Positions 18,839 through 21,823 of a stretch of 21,823 bases of DNA are shown here, piece after piece. The stretch lies in assembly GCA_964016885.1 (NCBI GenBank), contig CAXHJY010001194.1, positions 1 to 21,823 on the forward strand, written 5' to 3'. The notes under the pieces were generated by a model. That model did not search any database. It saw nothing but the letters and a program-made list of their open reading frames with translations, and had not been told where the DNA came from. Position 1 is the stretch's first letter. Each line of letters begins with the position of its first letter. Position numbers and translations under genes: made by a program. The stretch is from Eledone cirrhosa (Eukaryota).

Positions 18839-19269
18839 TTAACCCTTTAGTGTTCAAACCGGCCAAAACCGGCCAGAATTCTCTACCACTCTCTGTTGAA
18901 ACTGGTTGTAACTGGTCGTTCAAACTTATGTTAAGGTATTGTTCTCAAAATAAATACTTTCAAAATCTCATAGATTCGATATTATGTGAGGTAATTATGG
19001 TAAAGCCTTTACCATGAAAATATAATAGTATATATAAAATAATTGTTTCTACTTTTGGCACAAGGCCAGAATTACCCAGTGCATTACTGGTACTTTATTT
19101 TATCGACCCCGTAAGGATGAAAGGCAAAGTTAACCGCGGCGGGATTTGAACTCAGAATGGCAAGGGCCGTAACTCTGTGCTGGAAAGCATGGCGTCCGAC
19201 CCTCTACCGATACTGCCAATCCACTGCCTTAATAGTATATATAAAATAATGTGAATGCTAAAGGGTTAA
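18839..19269. mobile_element. Second piggyBac-type MITE copy, inverted relative to 13474-13761
   Basis: TTAA|CCCTTTAGTGTTCAAACCGGCC ... GTGAATGCTAAAGGG|TTAA. The interior matches the reverse complement of 13605-13761. Confidence 0.92.
19044..19229 (-). mobile_element. Full-length tRNA-derived SINE nested in the MITE, 21-bp target-site duplication
   Basis: TAATAGTATATATAAAATAAT at 19023-19043 and 19230-19250. A and B boxes are intact. Confidence 0.95.
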
Positions 19270-19879
19270 GGTAAGCTAATGTTGTAAAAACGTTGCAAGC
19301 TCCATTAGCCATTTAATTCCAGAAGACCTTTCTATAACAACAATGTAGTCTTTACCTTCCTGTAACTATAGTACCCCAAACAATTGAGCCCTTAACAATA
19401 ATTGTCGTGTTTTTTCAAAGTTCTAATTCCTAAGAATTATAACCGGTCGGCCTGGCGGAGGATTAATTGGAAGTTCCTTTTAAGAAACCCGAAGGAAAAT
19501 TGACCACAAGCCTTTGAAACACAAAACTATACACTATAAAACAAAAATAAGTCTATTTTTCGACGAACGTAGTTCATATTTATAGCTGTTTGAGTGAACA
19601 TTATGGTTTTCATTTTTCATGAACTTATGTACGGACTAAGAACACCCATGACATGGTCACACAGAAGTAGATATGATACAAGAGGTTTAACACAAAACCA
19701 TACACTAGAAAAAAACACATTTGGCTTTTTAAAGTAACAAATATTTATAGCGTTTAAAGTTGAATGGTTGATCCATGGTCAGTGTATTTCGAATATAAAT
19801 GGTAGGTTTTTTTCCAAATATTTGAACTGCGAAGATTGTGATTGCATTGGCAAATCATTGTGTGTGACATCATATAAAG

Positions 19880-20175
19880 CAGGCTTACCCAAACTTTATC
19901 AAACGCGGAACCCCTTTTGGTTCTGAAACGTTTAGGGGGAGCCCTAAAGTCTAATACTGCTATATGGTCGTAATATAAATATACTCCTCTACCTTTTCTC
20001 ACAGACCGGCCATCATTGAGAACTTCTTATACAAACTTTAGTCTAAGTGTCTTTTCAAGTGGTCGTAATATAAATACTCGTTTCTTTTTTCACAGGTAAC
20101 CCAGACACTCATTGCAGAACCTACCAGATTTGAAACTAATGCACTCCATAGCAGAACCCACTTTGGGAATCATTA
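19880..20175. mobile_element. Decayed hAT-type MITE
   Basis: The left end CAGGCTTACCCAAACTTT..CGCGGAACCCC and the right end GCAGAACCCACTTTGGGAATCATTA resemble the CAGTG.TTCCCAAAC / GTTTGGGAA.CACTG termini of hAT MITEs. No 8-bp target-site duplication is visible. Confidence 0.5.
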
Positions 20176-20628
20176 GTTTCAAATCTGGTAGGTTGACAAC
20201 CGATGGACGGATTAACCATGTGAAACAAGACACCGACTTTTAATGACACACTTGGAAAAGACACTAGACTAAAGTCTGTATCTGAAGTACTATCAATGAT
20301 GGCGGAGTGAGAAAGCTGGCATGAATCTTTGTGTTCTTCGTTTAATCGGAAGATCGGCTGAGATGGTTTTTTGTTTAAATCTGCGCTGCGAGCTCTGTTT
20401 AAATGTTGAATTATTCATATTATTTTTAGATAAAAAAACAGATTAAATGAAAGCCCAGAAATGCTAAATTACTGTAGGCATGCTTCAAAGTTTTTACTTT
20501 CCAATACTGTGCCTCGAAATGGATGACGAAGTAAACTGTCTGTCTGCAAATAATTGACTGAAGCAGCATAATCCCAAAACATAGGAATGGAATTGTACAC
20601 TTTCTTTTATCCTAATGTAAATACATTT

Positions 20629-20790
20629 TATATATATATATATTATATATATATATATATATTTCTCTACTCTCACATCTACCCCTCTCTCACATCTACC
20701 TCTCTCTCACTCTCATCTCTACCTCTCTCTCACTCTCATCTCTCTCTGTCTTTCTCACTCTCATCTCTCTTTGTCTCTCTCTCACTCATT

Positions 20791-20839
<49 letters not shown>

Positions 20840-21115
20840 TTCTCTACTCTCCCTCTCTTCGTCTCCCACATCTACCCCTCTCTTACTCTCTCTCCGTGCT
20901 CTCACTCATCTCTCTCCCTTCCCCCTATATCTCTCTCTATCTATCTAACTACACACACACACACACACAGTCATAACTGCATTCCTTTTCGAAATGTTTC
21001 AGTTTCGAGTAACACACACGCACACACGTGCACATACATACATACATACATACATACACACATACATACATACATACATACATATTTACTCTCTCAAACA
21101 CAGACACAAACACAC
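20629..21115. repeat. Mixed (TA)n, (CT)n, (CA)n and (CATA)n low-complexity region
   Basis: Directly visible. Confidence 0.9.
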
Positions 21116-21374
21116 TTAAACAAACCCTATAAAAAAAAATCTGAAACAAGGAATGAAGAAGCCAGCAAACACGCCACCGCCATTGCTACTCTCCATAACA
21201 CCCCACAACAAATAGAACGGGGAGGTTTGGTGTTGATAGCAAGAAGGAGGAGGGAGGTGATATTTAATACAGGGTATATACCAAAATAAACGTCTTTTGC
21301 TTTGGCTGTCTAACTTTGCTGTGAGGGTGAATCTTGGGAGAATACATACACGAAACTATGTATTCCCCCTAGTC

Positions 21375-21812
<438 letters not shown>

Positions 21813-21823
21813 AAAATTATAAT

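Noticed and set aside
18997-19015. ATGGTAAAG-C-CTTTACCAT palindrome
   Set aside because: Short, inside a MITE and absent from the other copy; probably a local repair scar.

Overview
Very AT-rich, microsatellite-dominated eukaryotic non-coding DNA. The dominant tRNA-derived SINE and the TTAA-flanked MITE resemble, from recall only, repeat families of octopod cephalopods. I find no supportable host protein-coding gene, and almost all long ORFs in the track are artefacts of (TA)n, (CA)n, (TC)n, (TGT/TGG)n and (GGT)n repeats. The unique-looking islands are mostly transposon debris: about 11 full or partial copies of one tRNA-SINE, two piggyBac-type MITEs that each host a SINE, fragments of R4/Dong-like, CRE-like, RTE-like and Tx1/L1-like non-LTR elements, and the N-terminal ORF of a Penelope-like element (PLE). 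There are also many 100-300 bp cassettes inside (TA)n tracts. The most interesting signals are three. (1) Several cassettes carry minimal hammerhead ribozyme motifs, and two unrelated ones share a non-canonical TTGAAAA core, i.e. a compensatory U3:A8 pair in place of C3:G8. (2) Long fold-back palindromes are unusually dense, and one is centred exactly on a hammerhead stem II. (3) There are candidate regulatory islands (CCAAT plus an exact RFX X-box, and a CSL-like site cluster). All calls were made by eye without database searches.
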